Assembly (NCBI GenBank): GCA_964475545.1 | Contig: CAYYXF010000001.1 | Location: forward strand, 9,107-73,106 | DNA length: 64,000 nt | Direction of reading: 5' to 3' | Source of the DNA: an uncultured Candidatus Bathyarchaeia archaeon | GTDB taxonomy: Archaea > Thermoproteota > Bathyarchaeia > Bathyarchaeales > Bathycorpusculaceae | Shown: positions 15,722 through 24,444 of the stretch, piece after piece | Layout of the letters: every line of letters begins with the position of its first letter | How positions within the stretch are numbered: position 1 is the stretch's first letter | The notes under the pieces: model-generated | Seen by the model: the letters and a program-made list of their open reading frames with translations, nothing else | Databases searched by the model: none | Told to the model about the DNA's origin: nothing | Position numbers and translations under genes: made by a program

Positions 15722-16558
15722 TTACCCTCTCCTAAGCCTGAAATCTACTCCAACTGTGCGATATCCGATTTTCGTTGTCAGCAACATTCGCCTTTTGTGC
15801 TCCGCGTGAAGCCACCTTTGTTTGACCTCATGAACAATCTCATGCTCAATATTCAACTGCCCAGCTATAGCCTCTTCCTTCATAAAGTGCTCGAGCCCAT
15901 ACAGAATGAGGTCAAGAATCTCATATTCTAGGCCGAGTTCTCCCTCCGCAGTCTGACCTGGCCACAAGGCAGGTGAGGGCGGTTTATTTACGATTTCTTT
16001 CGGTATACCTACATGTCTCGCAAGTTTTTTGACTTGCGTCTTGTACAAGTCCATTATGGGGGATATGTCTGACGCAACGTCTCCCCATTTCGTAAAGTAT
16101 CCCATCATTGTTTCTGACTTATCTGAGCTTCCGCAAACAATCCTGTTGAGCTTGTTTGCATAATAGTAGACGTAGATCATTCGCGTCCTAGCCTTTATGT
16201 TGCCTTTACAGACTCTTTCTCCAGGATCGAAGATTGGGATCGAGTGATAGATGGCTTCTAGGGTTGATGTGACATCACATTCTTCCGCCTCAATTTTGAA
16301 CTTCTTGGCTACGAGCCTGGCATGACGTGCATCAGTAGCGTTGTATGTTTCCTTCTCTGGTAACATAAGCCCATGGACCTTCTTCCCGCCCAAAGCCAAG
16401 GCAGAAAGCGCGGCTACAATGGAGCTGTCAATTCCTCCAGACAAGCCTAGAACCACGCCGTCTGCACCACATTTTTCCAAGTAATCCGTTATGAATCGCA
16501 TTATCTTCGTTTTTATATCTGGCCAGTCTAAGTCTAGAGTTGAAGGTGTCAACTCCAA
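15722..16558 (-). CDS. nadE: NAD+ synthetase
   Basis: 278-aa ORF with the PP-loop ATP pyrophosphatase motif GLSGGIDSS and downstream NadE patterns (GSSDKSE, YFTKWGD). TTG start as called. Confidence 0.9.
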   Translation of the reverse strand: MELTPSTLDLDWPDIKTKIMRFITDYLEKCGADGVVLGLSGGIDSSIVAALSALALGGKKVHGLMLPEKETYNATDARHARLVAKKFKIEAEECDVTSTLEAIYHSIPIFDPGERVCKGNIKARTRMIYVYYYANKLNRIVCGSSDKSETMMGYFTKWGDVASDISPIMDLYKTQVKKLARHVGIPKEIVNKPPSPALWPGQTAEGELGLEYEILDLILYGLEHFMKEEAIAGQLNIEHEIVHEVKQRWLHAEHKRRMLLTTKIGYRTVGVDFRLRRG

Positions 16559-16763
16559 GGAAATGCAGCCTCAGTGTTGTATGGCTGTGGTGGGGTATTT
16601 AAGGACAAGCTAAACGCGTGGAATTCTCATTTAGGTCGAATTATCAATCGCTGATCACCATTACTACTTGCGAAAACCCAGCGTCCATTGTCCTAACATT
16701 TTTAAAGGCAAACATAAAATACTGGAGCAGAGTGGATTCTAGGGCATAGAAGGATAATGAAAA

Positions 16764-17030
16764 ATGGGGCGAAGAAGGAGAAAGGTTGTTCACATCCCCA
16801 AAAAGCGGTTACCCAAGCTTTTTTCTTGCCCAAAGTGTGGTAAGGAAACCGTAAGGGTTGAAATATATCGCGATCAAAAGCGCGCTATAGTGGCTTGCGG
16901 TGGTTGCGGCGTAAAGGAAGAGTTCCCGATCAAGCCCGTGCAGGGCGAGATTGACGTGTACTGCATGTTTACCGACAAATTTTACGGAAGTCCGAGAAGA
17001 CCTTCAGCGACCGAAATTGCAGGTGCATGA
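16764..17030 (+). CDS. Transcription elongation factor 1 (Elf1) homologue, zinc ribbon
   Basis: 88-aa ORF. A basic N-terminus ([14 protein letters not shown]) precedes FSCPKCG...CGGCG, a C4 ribbon with the spacing and flanks of eukaryotic/TACK Elf1. Confidence 0.75.
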   Translation: MGRRRRKVVHIPKKRLPKLFSCPKCGKETVRVEIYRDQKRAIVACGGCGVKEEFPIKPVQGEIDVYCMFTDKFYGSPRRPSATEIAGA

Positions 17031-17043
17031 TAAGCTGATTTCC

Positions 17044-17796
17044 ATGACAGGCCCTGTCGAGAAATCTCTGCTCGAGCGCATAGCGTCCGAGGGTTCTATT
17101 CACATAACTCTGATTGACCCGGAGAAAGCGACGCCTCCACAGGCTTCCAGAATCGCGATGAGGGCCAAGGCAAGCGGCACTGCGGCTGTCATGGTTGGTG
17201 GGTCAACGTTTGTTTCAGCGGCCCATCTGGACGATGTGGTTAAAATCGTTAGGCGTACAGTGGATATTCCTATAATTCTTTTCCCAAACAATATCACGGG
17301 CATAAGCCGCTACGCTGACGCCATCTGGTTCATGTCTCTTCTGAACTCGGTTGACCCGTACTTCTTGATCGGCGCCCAAGTTCTAGGCGCACCGCTTGTA
17401 AAGAAATACGGTTTGGAACCTATCCCACTTGGCTACGTAATCGTCGGAGAAGGGGGTACGGCTGGTGTTGTAGGCAAGGCGGTCCCAGTTCCGTATAGTA
17501 AACCTGAACTTGCCGCCGCTCATGCTCTGGCGGGGCAATATCTAGGGATGCGGTTCATATATCTGGAAGGAGGATCGGGGGCTAGAGTACCCGTGCCGCC
17601 GGGAATGATCCGTGCTGTCAAGCACTACATTGATGTTCCTCTAATCGTCGGAGGAGGCATACGAACTAGAGGGCAAGCCTTGACGGCAGCATCTGCCGGT
17701 GCCGACGTAATAGTTACTGGCAACATCGTAGAAGACGGCGGAGTGAAGCGCAAAGTTTCCGAGATCATCGAGGGCATAAGACACCGAAGAGAATGA
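17044..17796 (+). CDS. Geranylgeranylglyceryl phosphate synthase (PcrB/GGGPS family)
   Basis: The ORF track starts at 16951, inside the elf1 ORF. The ATG at 17044 gives MTGPVEKSLLERI..IHITLIDPEK, a typical GGGPS N-terminus. The C-terminal phosphate-binding pattern is YLEGGSG..LIVGGGIR. Confidence 0.85.
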   Translation: MTGPVEKSLLERIASEGSIHITLIDPEKATPPQASRIAMRAKASGTAAVMVGGSTFVSAAHLDDVVKIVRRTVDIPIILFPNNITGISRYADAIWFMSLLNSVDPYFLIGAQVLGAPLVKKYGLEPIPLGYVIVGEGGTAGVVGKAVPVPYSKPELAAAHALAGQYLGMRFIYLEGGSGARVPVPPGMIRAVKHYIDVPLIVGGGIRTRGQALTAASAGADVIVTGNIVEDGGVKRKVSEIIEGIRHRRE

Positions 17797-18071
17797 AGAT
17801 CAAAAGACATGGAAAAACCGCTTCACTACCCTGGATTCATGTGAACCAAGACCGGCATCATAACCATTACATTGCCATCAGCGCAGTGAATACTTGAGGA
17901 GATTGTAGATCAAGGTGAGGCACAAGGGAAGAGTGATTCACGCTCTTTCTGTGTAGAAACAGAATGGAATACTGGCGCTTTCTGGACTGCTTTTTGATTT
18001 GTTCTTGTCAGAATATAGAAATAAGCTCTGGAAGCAACTAGAACTCAGGGGGAAGTCTCTTGGGGCTTCAG

Positions 18072-21000
18072 ATGAGCGAGACATACAGGCAATACACTGA
18101 GAACTTGGAAAGCAGGCTTGGGCTGATGCATACGCTAAGTGATAAAGCAAGGGAAAAGGGTCTTGACCCAGCGCTGAAGACGGAGTGCAGGCTGGCAAAA
18201 GATCTAGCGGATCTTGTAGAAGGCCTTGTGGGACCACCTGGCGTTGCTGCAAGCATCAGGGAATTGAGCACAAAGCTCCCAAGAGAAGAGCTAGCGTTCA
18301 AAATCGCTGAAGAAATAGTCTATGGTAAGTTCGGACATGTGGAACCTGAAAATGCTGCAAACCAGGCAATACGCACAGCTCTCGCAATATTCACCGAGGG
18401 CTTGACCGCAGCGCCACTGCAGGGAGTGGCGAAAGTTGCAATCAAAACAAATCATGATCGGACGCGCTATCTTGCCGTTTATTTTGCAGGTCCAATGCGA
18501 TCCGCCGGCGGCACGGACCAGGCACTAACATTAGTCGTCGCAGATTTTGTGCGCCGGCTGCTCGGGCTTGAACGCTATAAGCCCACAGAGGACGAAATCT
18601 CACGGTTCATTGAGGAGATAAGACTCTACGAGCGATCTGTGACCAGGTTTCAATACCACGTCTCAGATGAGGAACTTCGAAAGGCACTTGAATGGATTCC
18701 AATAGAAGTCACTGGAACAGAATCAAATCCGATTGAGGTCTCGTCTTTCCGAAACCTTCCACGCATAGAGACCAACCGAATAAGAGGAGGCGCACTCCGC
18801 GTTGTAAATGATGGCATCGTCGGACGCGCCCCAAAAATCATAACGATAATAGAGCGACTTGGTTTCCAAGGATGGGATTGGCTGAGGGAGGTCCGAAGAA
18901 AATCTGAAAAGAAATCTGCAGGGTTCATGGATGAAGTTATCGCCGGTCGTCCAATATTCTCTTTTCCATCCAGACGTGGGGGGTTCCGCTTAAGGTACGG
19001 CAGGGCCCGAAACACTGGATTGTCGTCGGTTGGGATTCATCCGGCGACCATGCTTGTTCTTCAGGGGTTCCTTGCTGGCGGAACGCAACTCCGTTTAGAG
19101 CTTCCAGGGAAGGGCGGAATCGCTGTGCCAGTGGACACGGTGGAGTCGCCTGTAGTCCGTTTAAGGGATGGATCAGTCGTCCGCGTCTCGGTTGGCAACT
19201 TCGACAAGCTGAAAGGTGACATTGAGAGAATTCTGTTCCTAGGCGACATTTTGATCAGCTTCGGCGACTTCCTATATAACAGTCAAGTTCTCGCGCCTTC
19301 CGGGTACGTTGAAGAATGGTGGACGAGCGACTTGCAAAACGCTATCGCAGTGCGGTTCAATGGAAGCCTTGAAAACGCCGCAGAAACTGCCAGGGTTCCG
19401 CCGGAGAGACTGAAGGATTTTCTTAAGGGCCCCTTCACGTGCAAGCCCACCGTTGAAGAGGCCATAGCCTTGTCGTTGGCATTACCTGTGCCTCTACACC
19501 CGCTTTTCACGTTCTTCTGGTCAAATCTCTCCTCAGTTGAAGAGCTTCAAGTGCTCAGAAAATGGGTTCTCAATTCCAAACTGCAGCGTTCAGCAGGTAT
19601 AACTATTCAGATCACAGGCGAATTCGACACTAATGTCAAGCAAGCAATGGAGCTGCTGTATCTGCCGCACAAGGTTTCAGAAGGCAAGATAATCATCGAA
19701 GGCGAGGATGCCCACGCTTTTGCTTCTTGCCTAGGCCACGACCATACTACTGCTGCGGACCTCTCTGCAGCCAAGTCAGTTTCAGACGCGCTCTCTCTGG
19801 CTTCTGGCATTCAAATAAGAGAGAAGGCCCCCACCTTTGTAGGCGCCCGGATGGGAAGACCTGAGAAGGCGAAAAGACGTGAGATGAAGCCTCTGGTACA
19901 CGTGCTCTTTCCAGTCGGCTTGTCTGGAGGCTCACATAGAGACCTTGTTGAGGCGGCGGGGCACGGACCAACGCTTGTCGAAACAGTCAAGCGCAAGTGT
20001 CCAAGCTGCAAGACCTTTACTTCCAAGGTAAAATGCCCCTCATGCGGCTCTGAGACTCTTCCTGACAAAATCTGTCCTCGATGTGGAAAGACCCTAAAGG
20101 AAGATGAATGCCCGGTTTGTAAAGTGCCAGCAAGGCAGTATCAGAAACAGGCTGTTAACTTCAAAGAAATGCTTGAGAGTGCGTGCACCGGGTTAGGCGT
20201 TTCTGTTCCGAAGATTCTAAAGGGTGTCAAAGGCTTAACGAATGATACGAAGACTCCTGAGAGCATTGAAAAGGGCGTGCTTCGCGCGAAGTACGACTTG
20301 TCGGTTTACAAGGATGGAACAATCCGTTTTGATGCCACGAACGCTCCGTTGACACATTTCAAGCCTGCCGAGATTGGAGTTCCAGTTGAAAAGCTACGCG
20401 AGCTTGGCTATACTTGCGACGTCTACGGTGCAAAGTTGACAGAGGCAAATCAGACATGTGAACTGAGACTGCAAGACGTTGTTATCCCAAGGAAGAGCGC
20501 GAGCTACTTCATGCGAGTGGCTAACTTCATGGACGAACTGCTGGTGAAAGTCTACGGACTTCCTTCTCACTACAACCTCAAAAACACGGATGACCTTGTT
20601 GGACAGTTGATAGTCGGTTTGGCTCCGCATACATGTGCAGGAATCTTAGGTCGCATAATAGGATTCACAAGCCTAAGCCTCTGCTATGCACATCCAATTT
20701 GGCATTCAGCTAAGCGGAGGGACTGTGACGGGGACGAAGACGCACTAATGCTCGCTTTGGACACTTTGATCAACTTCTCACGCGCTTACCTGCCTTCGCA
20801 AATAGGCGGAATAATGGATGCCCCCCTTCTTTTAATCCCGGTTGTCAACACGGAGGAGGTACAGAGGCAGGCTCATGATTTTGATGTTGCAGCAGCTTAT
20901 CCATCTGAGTTCTACGGCAAAACCTGTGAGAAGGCAGAAGCTAGACAGGTAGCTCCAACAATAGACCTGATCGGATCACGTCTGGGAACTGAAGCGCAAT

Positions 21001-21476
21001 TTGAAGGGTTCAGCTTTACAACGCCGGTGTCCAATATCAACATGGGAAATGTCGAAAGCTCATACAAACGGTTCAAGACAATGGTTGAAAAGCTTGACGG
21101 TCAGCTTGCATTGTGCCAGAAAATTGAAGCAGTAGATGCCAGGAAAGTTGCACTTAAGGTCCTGACCACACACTTCATTCGGGACATTGCTGGAAATCTG
21201 CGGGCCTTCTCCACTCAGGCTTTCAGATGTAAGACTTGCAACAAACGTTACCGGCGGATTCCTCTGCGGGGCAAGTGCCCAATCTGTGGCGGACAATTGA
21301 CTTTAACCGTTTATCGCGGAGGCATCGAAAAATACGTAGAAGTAGCGCTGCAGTTGATTGAGAAATATGGATTGCCACAGTATTACGCTCAGAGGATACT
21401 GCTAATGAAAGAGGAGATTGGAGCCATGTTTGAAGGCAAGAAGCCGAAGCAAATCAGCTTGTCAGACTTTGTATGA
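18072..21476 (+). CDS. polC: DNA polymerase II (PolD) large catalytic subunit DP2
   Basis: ~1134 aa from the ATG at 18072. The N-terminus has the DP2-typical pattern (..AREKGLDPALKTECRLAKDLADLVEGLVGPPGVA..). There is a central Cys-cluster block (CPSCKT..CPSCGS..CPRCGK..CPVCK) and a C-terminal Zn module (CKTCNKRY..CPICGG). The size indicates no intein. Confidence 0.92.
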   Translation: MSETYRQYTENLESRLGLMHTLSDKAREKGLDPALKTECRLAKDLADLVEGLVGPPGVAASIRELSTKLPREELAFKIAEEIVYGKFGHVEPENAANQAIRTALAIFTEGLTAAPLQGVAKVAIKTNHDRTRYLAVYFAGPMRSAGGTDQALTLVVADFVRRLLGLERYKPTEDEISRFIEEIRLYERSVTRFQYHVSDEELRKALEWIPIEVTGTESNPIEVSSFRNLPRIETNRIRGGALRVVNDGIVGRAPKIITIIERLGFQGWDWLREVRRKSEKKSAGFMDEVIAGRPIFSFPSRRGGFRLRYGRARNTGLSSVGIHPATMLVLQGFLAGGTQLRLELPGKGGIAVPVDTVESPVVRLRDGSVVRVSVGNFDKLKGDIERILFLGDILISFGDFLYNSQVLAPSGYVEEWWTSDLQNAIAVRFNGSLENAAETARVPPERLKDFLKGPFTCKPTVEEAIALSLALPVPLHPLFTFFWSNLSSVEELQVLRKWVLNSKLQRSAGITIQITGEFDTNVKQAMELLYLPHKVSEGKIIIEGEDAHAFASCLGHDHTTAADLSAAKSVSDALSLASGIQIREKAPTFVGARMGRPEKAKRREMKPLVHVLFPVGLSGGSHRDLVEAAGHGPTLVETVKRKCPSCKTFTSKVKCPSCGSETLPDKICPRCGKTLKEDECPVCKVPARQYQKQAVNFKEMLESACTGLGVSVPKILKGVKGLTNDTKTPESIEKGVLRAKYDLSVYKDGTIRFDATNAPLTHFKPAEIGVPVEKLRELGYTCDVYGAKLTEANQTCELRLQDVVIPRKSASYFMRVANFMDELLVKVYGLPSHYNLKNTDDLVGQLIVGLAPHTCAGILGRIIGFTSLSLCYAHPIWHSAKRRDCDGDEDALMLALDTLINFSRAYLPSQIGGIMDAPLLLIPVVNTEEVQRQAHDFDVAAAYPSEFYGKTCEKAEARQVAPTIDLIGSRLGTEAQFEGFSFTTPVSNINMGNVESSYKRFKTMVEKLDGQLALCQKIEAVDARKVALKVLTTHFIRDIAGNLRAFSTQAFRCKTCNKRYRRIPLRGKCPICGGQLTLTVYRGGIEKYVEVALQLIEKYGLPQYYAQRILLMKEEIGAMFEGKKPKQISLSDFV

Positions 21477-21520
21477 ACAAGACTTTTCTATACAAATAAC
21501 CTACTTGATAGCAGATAAGA

Positions 21521-21793
21521 ATGGTCAGAGAAATTTGGCATCCCAATGCCTACTTGTCAGCAATAAGGAACATCAAACTTGGTTTGAGGGCTAGAACCAG
21601 AATACTAAGCGCGTTGGAGAAAAATTCTAGCGATGCCCGAACCATTGCTAACGAAACAGGAATGCATTATGGAGTTGTCATGCACCATCTGAAGCTTCTT
21701 GAAGCGGAGGAAATTGTTGAGCGGAAAGGCAGCAAGCCGTATGTCTGGATGCTCACCGGCGTCGGTCAGAGACGCTTGCTGAGCACGCCCTAA
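21521..21793 (+). CDS. ArsR-family small wHTH transcriptional regulator
   Basis: 90-aa ORF with RTRILSALEKNSSDARTIANETGMHYGVVMHHLKLLEAEEIVER, the canonical ArsR/SmtB HTH pattern. Confidence 0.75.
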   Translation: MVREIWHPNAYLSAIRNIKLGLRARTRILSALEKNSSDARTIANETGMHYGVVMHHLKLLEAEEIVERKGSKPYVWMLTGVGQRRLLSTP

Positions 21794-22137
21794 AAGGTAC
21801 ATTGGCAGGGTGAACACTTACACTTAGGACATTTGTCGTTGTATTTGCTGAGAGCGGCCTTCTCCAGATCCACATTGACAACATTTGCCAACGAGGCCAA
21901 CCAGGCAATAACGTCTGCAAATTCCCTCTCCAGTTCTTCCTTGTTTCCATTTTCTAAGGCTTCGCCCAGTTCTCTTGTCTCATCTGCAAGCCAATCATAT
22001 GTCCCCTTGCTGCCTCGCTTAGAGTCTCTGTGAAAATACAGGCGATGCATCATGTCCTGAAACTCTCTTATGTGCATACTTCCCACCACTTCAATGGAAT
22101 AGACGCTTCCTGAGATCCTTGTTGCTTCTTCTCCCAC
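21790..22137 (-). CDS. MazG-like nucleotide pyrophosphohydrolase with a Cys-rich C-terminal tail
   Basis: 115-aa ORF. The EExGE-type metal-binding helices (ETRELGEALENG..EELEREFADVIAWL) are typical of all-alpha NTP-PPases. It ends in CPKCKCSPCQC. Confidence 0.7.
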   Translation of the reverse strand: MGEEATRISGSVYSIEVVGSMHIREFQDMMHRLYFHRDSKRGSKGTYDWLADETRELGEALENGNKEELEREFADVIAWLASLANVVNVDLEKAALSKYNDKCPKCKCSPCQCTF

Positions 22138-22251
22138 TCTGTAAGTATTGGTTCGAAGCTATCAGTCGACCATTGATTTCTGATCTTCAGCTATGTCTTC
22201 TTTTGTATTCACGTTCGATTCTATAGGCAGGATCACGTGTCGTTGGGCATT

Positions 22252-23577
22252 CTAGCGGATCTTCATATACTTGTAGGCTTCTGTCTTGTTCTCAAAGCAG
22301 TAATGTACTTTTTGATATTCTTTCCTGAACTCTGCAACGTCAAGTCTCACCTTCTCTAGTGGCTCCTTGTCTATTATGACGCGCTTGACAAACTCCGCTA
22401 TCTGAGCCATTTCTGGTTCTTTCATTCCAAGCCTTGTGACCTCTGAAACGCCCATCCTTATGCCTCCCGGATGCATGAAATGTCTTCCCTCCTTAATGTC
22501 CCATGGCAGCAAGTTCCTGTTTATGATTATGTTTGCCTTTTCCAGCGTCTCCTCGATTGTGCCACCGTCTCCGTGCTTTGTTATGTCTATCAGGATAACG
22601 TGCGACTCTGTGAAGCCCTTGTGTTCTGCTAGAACGTTGAATCCTTTCTCGTAGAGGGCTTGGGCCAGAGCTTTAGCGTTTTTCACTATCTGGCTTGCGT
22701 ATTCTTTTCCGAATTGAAGCATTTCGGCGCATGCAATTGTGAGGCCTGCAACTTCGTGAAGATGATGGTTGCTGACCATTCCTGGGAAGGTTGCCTTTTT
22801 TATTCTTTCAGCGTTCTTCTCCCAAGACAAGATTCCGCCATGTTGGGGACCGAAAAACGTCTTGTGCGTACTTAAGCTTACGACATCTGCGCCTTCTTTG
22901 AGTGGGTCTTGGAATTGCCCTCCCGCAATTAGTCCTGCAACATGTGCTGCGTCGTATCCTGCGGTTGCGTTCACTGAATGGACGGTTTCAACTAGCTCTT
23001 TGACGGGGTGTGGAAACGGGAAAACGCTTGCGCCGAACATGACAAATTTCGGCGGCTTACCCTTTGCGCCAAGTTCTTGGATCTTGCTCTTTGCCTTGTC
23101 AACGTCAATGTTCAATTCCTTGTAATCCAAAGGTAGGTATTCAACGACTAGACCTTTAACAGCGCCTGCTGTTCCTCCGAACTCTTTCTTTCCTGATGTT
23201 ATGTGCCCACCGCACGGGATGGATAGTGCCAGAAGAATGTCACCTGGCTCCGTAAAAGCGGTGTAGACGGCTAGGTTAGCGACGACTCCTGATATGGGTC
23301 TGACGTCTACGAATTCGGCGCTAAAGAGTTTCTTCATCAGCTCGATGCATTTGAACTCGACCTGGTCTATGAAGCGGCAGCCTGCATAGACTCTTTCTCC
23401 AGGCCACCCTTCAGCGTAGCGATTTCCAAAATCTGTGATGAGGGCCTCGCGTACGGCTGGGCTTGGAATGTTTTCGCTTGCTATGAGCGGGATGCTTTCC
23501 TGAAACCACTTATGATGCTGTTGCAGAAGATCAAAAACGTGATCATACTCGTCTCTGGGTGTAGCCATTACAAGCAC
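22252..23577 (-). CDS. glyA: Serine hydroxymethyltransferase
   Basis: 441-aa ORF with the PLP-lysine motif VVSLSTHKTFFGPQHG and the N-terminal pattern LIASENIPSPAVREA. Confidence 0.92.
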   Translation of the reverse strand: MLVMATPRDEYDHVFDLLQQHHKWFQESIPLIASENIPSPAVREALITDFGNRYAEGWPGERVYAGCRFIDQVEFKCIELMKKLFSAEFVDVRPISGVVANLAVYTAFTEPGDILLALSIPCGGHITSGKKEFGGTAGAVKGLVVEYLPLDYKELNIDVDKAKSKIQELGAKGKPPKFVMFGASVFPFPHPVKELVETVHSVNATAGYDAAHVAGLIAGGQFQDPLKEGADVVSLSTHKTFFGPQHGGILSWEKNAERIKKATFPGMVSNHHLHEVAGLTIACAEMLQFGKEYASQIVKNAKALAQALYEKGFNVLAEHKGFTESHVILIDITKHGDGGTIEETLEKANIIINRNLLPWDIKEGRHFMHPGGIRMGVSEVTRLGMKEPEMAQIAEFVKRVIIDKEPLEKVRLDVAEFRKEYQKVHYCFENKTEAYKYMKIR

Positions 23578-23688
23578 CTTTGTATCAGACTATCGCTTGT
23601 TCAAAAATTAAAAACCTTTCGAAACAACATAACCTTAATAATAGAGAAAATGCTAGGAATTAGTTGCCAGATCCAAGAGGTCTCCTAG

Positions 23689-23859
23689 ATGAGCAGAAAG
23701 AAGAAGAAGGAAAAATCTGCCCCAATGCCAGCTGCGAGTGCTGGACTGTTAAGGTTCTTTGAAGAGGAGACCGAAGGCGTTAAAATCAGACCTGAGATGC
23801 TTGTGGTCTTCTCAGTTGCGTTAATAGTTGTGTGCATTCTGGCACATGTGTTCTTCTGA
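23689..23859 (+). CDS. secG: Preprotein translocase subunit Sec61-beta (SecG)
   Basis: 56-aa ORF below the ORF-track cutoff: MSRKKKKEKSAPMPAASAGLLRFFEEETEGVKIRPEMLVVFSVALIVVCILAHVFF. It has a basic N-terminus, the SAGL(L/M)R(F/Y)F(D/E)E motif and a tail-anchor TM. Confidence 0.8.
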   Translation: MSRKKKKEKSAPMPAASAGLLRFFEEETEGVKIRPEMLVVFSVALIVVCILAHVFF

Positions 23860-23869
23860 GGCTGACGTG

Positions 23870-24157
23870 CTAGCGTCTGGCAGGCACATGTAGAACTTCT
23901 ATTCTTTGGACAGAATTAAGGTGAACAAATATTTCACTTCTTTCTTCCCTGCTTGCAACTTGCGGTATGGGTTGGGCAATTGTGGCCCTTAGAATAATGG
24001 CCTCCGCGTCCGAAAGCCATATCCCTGCAGGTTCCCGAGTCACTGCCATCAGAGTGCCTTCAAAACCATAGGCTGGATCCAAAATTACCCGTATGTGATT
24101 TCCCACATTCTTCTCCAACATGTGAAATATAGTTAGAGGGATGTTCTGGTCTGGCAT
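23870..24157 (-). CDS. Sm-like (LSm-fold) domain protein, tentative
   Basis: 95-aa ORF. The pattern LEKNVGNHIRVILDPAYGFEGTLMAV..GIWLSDAE ... IFVHLNSVQRIEV resembles Sm1/Sm2 strand patterns. This is a weak, by-eye call. Confidence 0.35.
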   Translation of the reverse strand: MPDQNIPLTIFHMLEKNVGNHIRVILDPAYGFEGTLMAVTREPAGIWLSDAEAIILRATIAQPIPQVASREERSEIFVHLNSVQRIEVLHVPARR

Positions 24158-24444
24158 GGGCTCCGCAAAACCTTACTGATCAGCAATTCAAGAATAAAAC
24201 ACTTGCTCCTCTTAAGGCCTTCGGCGTCAATGCTAACCTTGTAGGCAACCAGTTCTATTGGAACCTAGCTATCTCAACGTTCATGTCAAAATGCAGAAAC
24301 CACTTCATCAGTCCATTATCCTTAAGATGTAATAACTGTCTATCTCGGCGGGTTTCACAACATCTTAATATGGTTGAAGAATACCCTCTAGGAAATCCGA
24401 CCGAAGGGATGGAAGTGGGATCGCACGATTCGTTAACCCAATCT

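Noticed and set aside
16951-17043. N-terminal extension of the GGGP synthase ORF.
   Set aside because: It overlaps the 3' end of elf1 in another frame. The family-typical N-terminus begins at the ATG at 17044.
17797-18071. A 275-bp spacer upstream of DP2 containing GTAGAAAC, examined as a possible second origin or ORB.
   Set aside because: Only a short partial match to the ORB core is present. There is no G-string, no repeat partner and no pronounced AT-rich tract.
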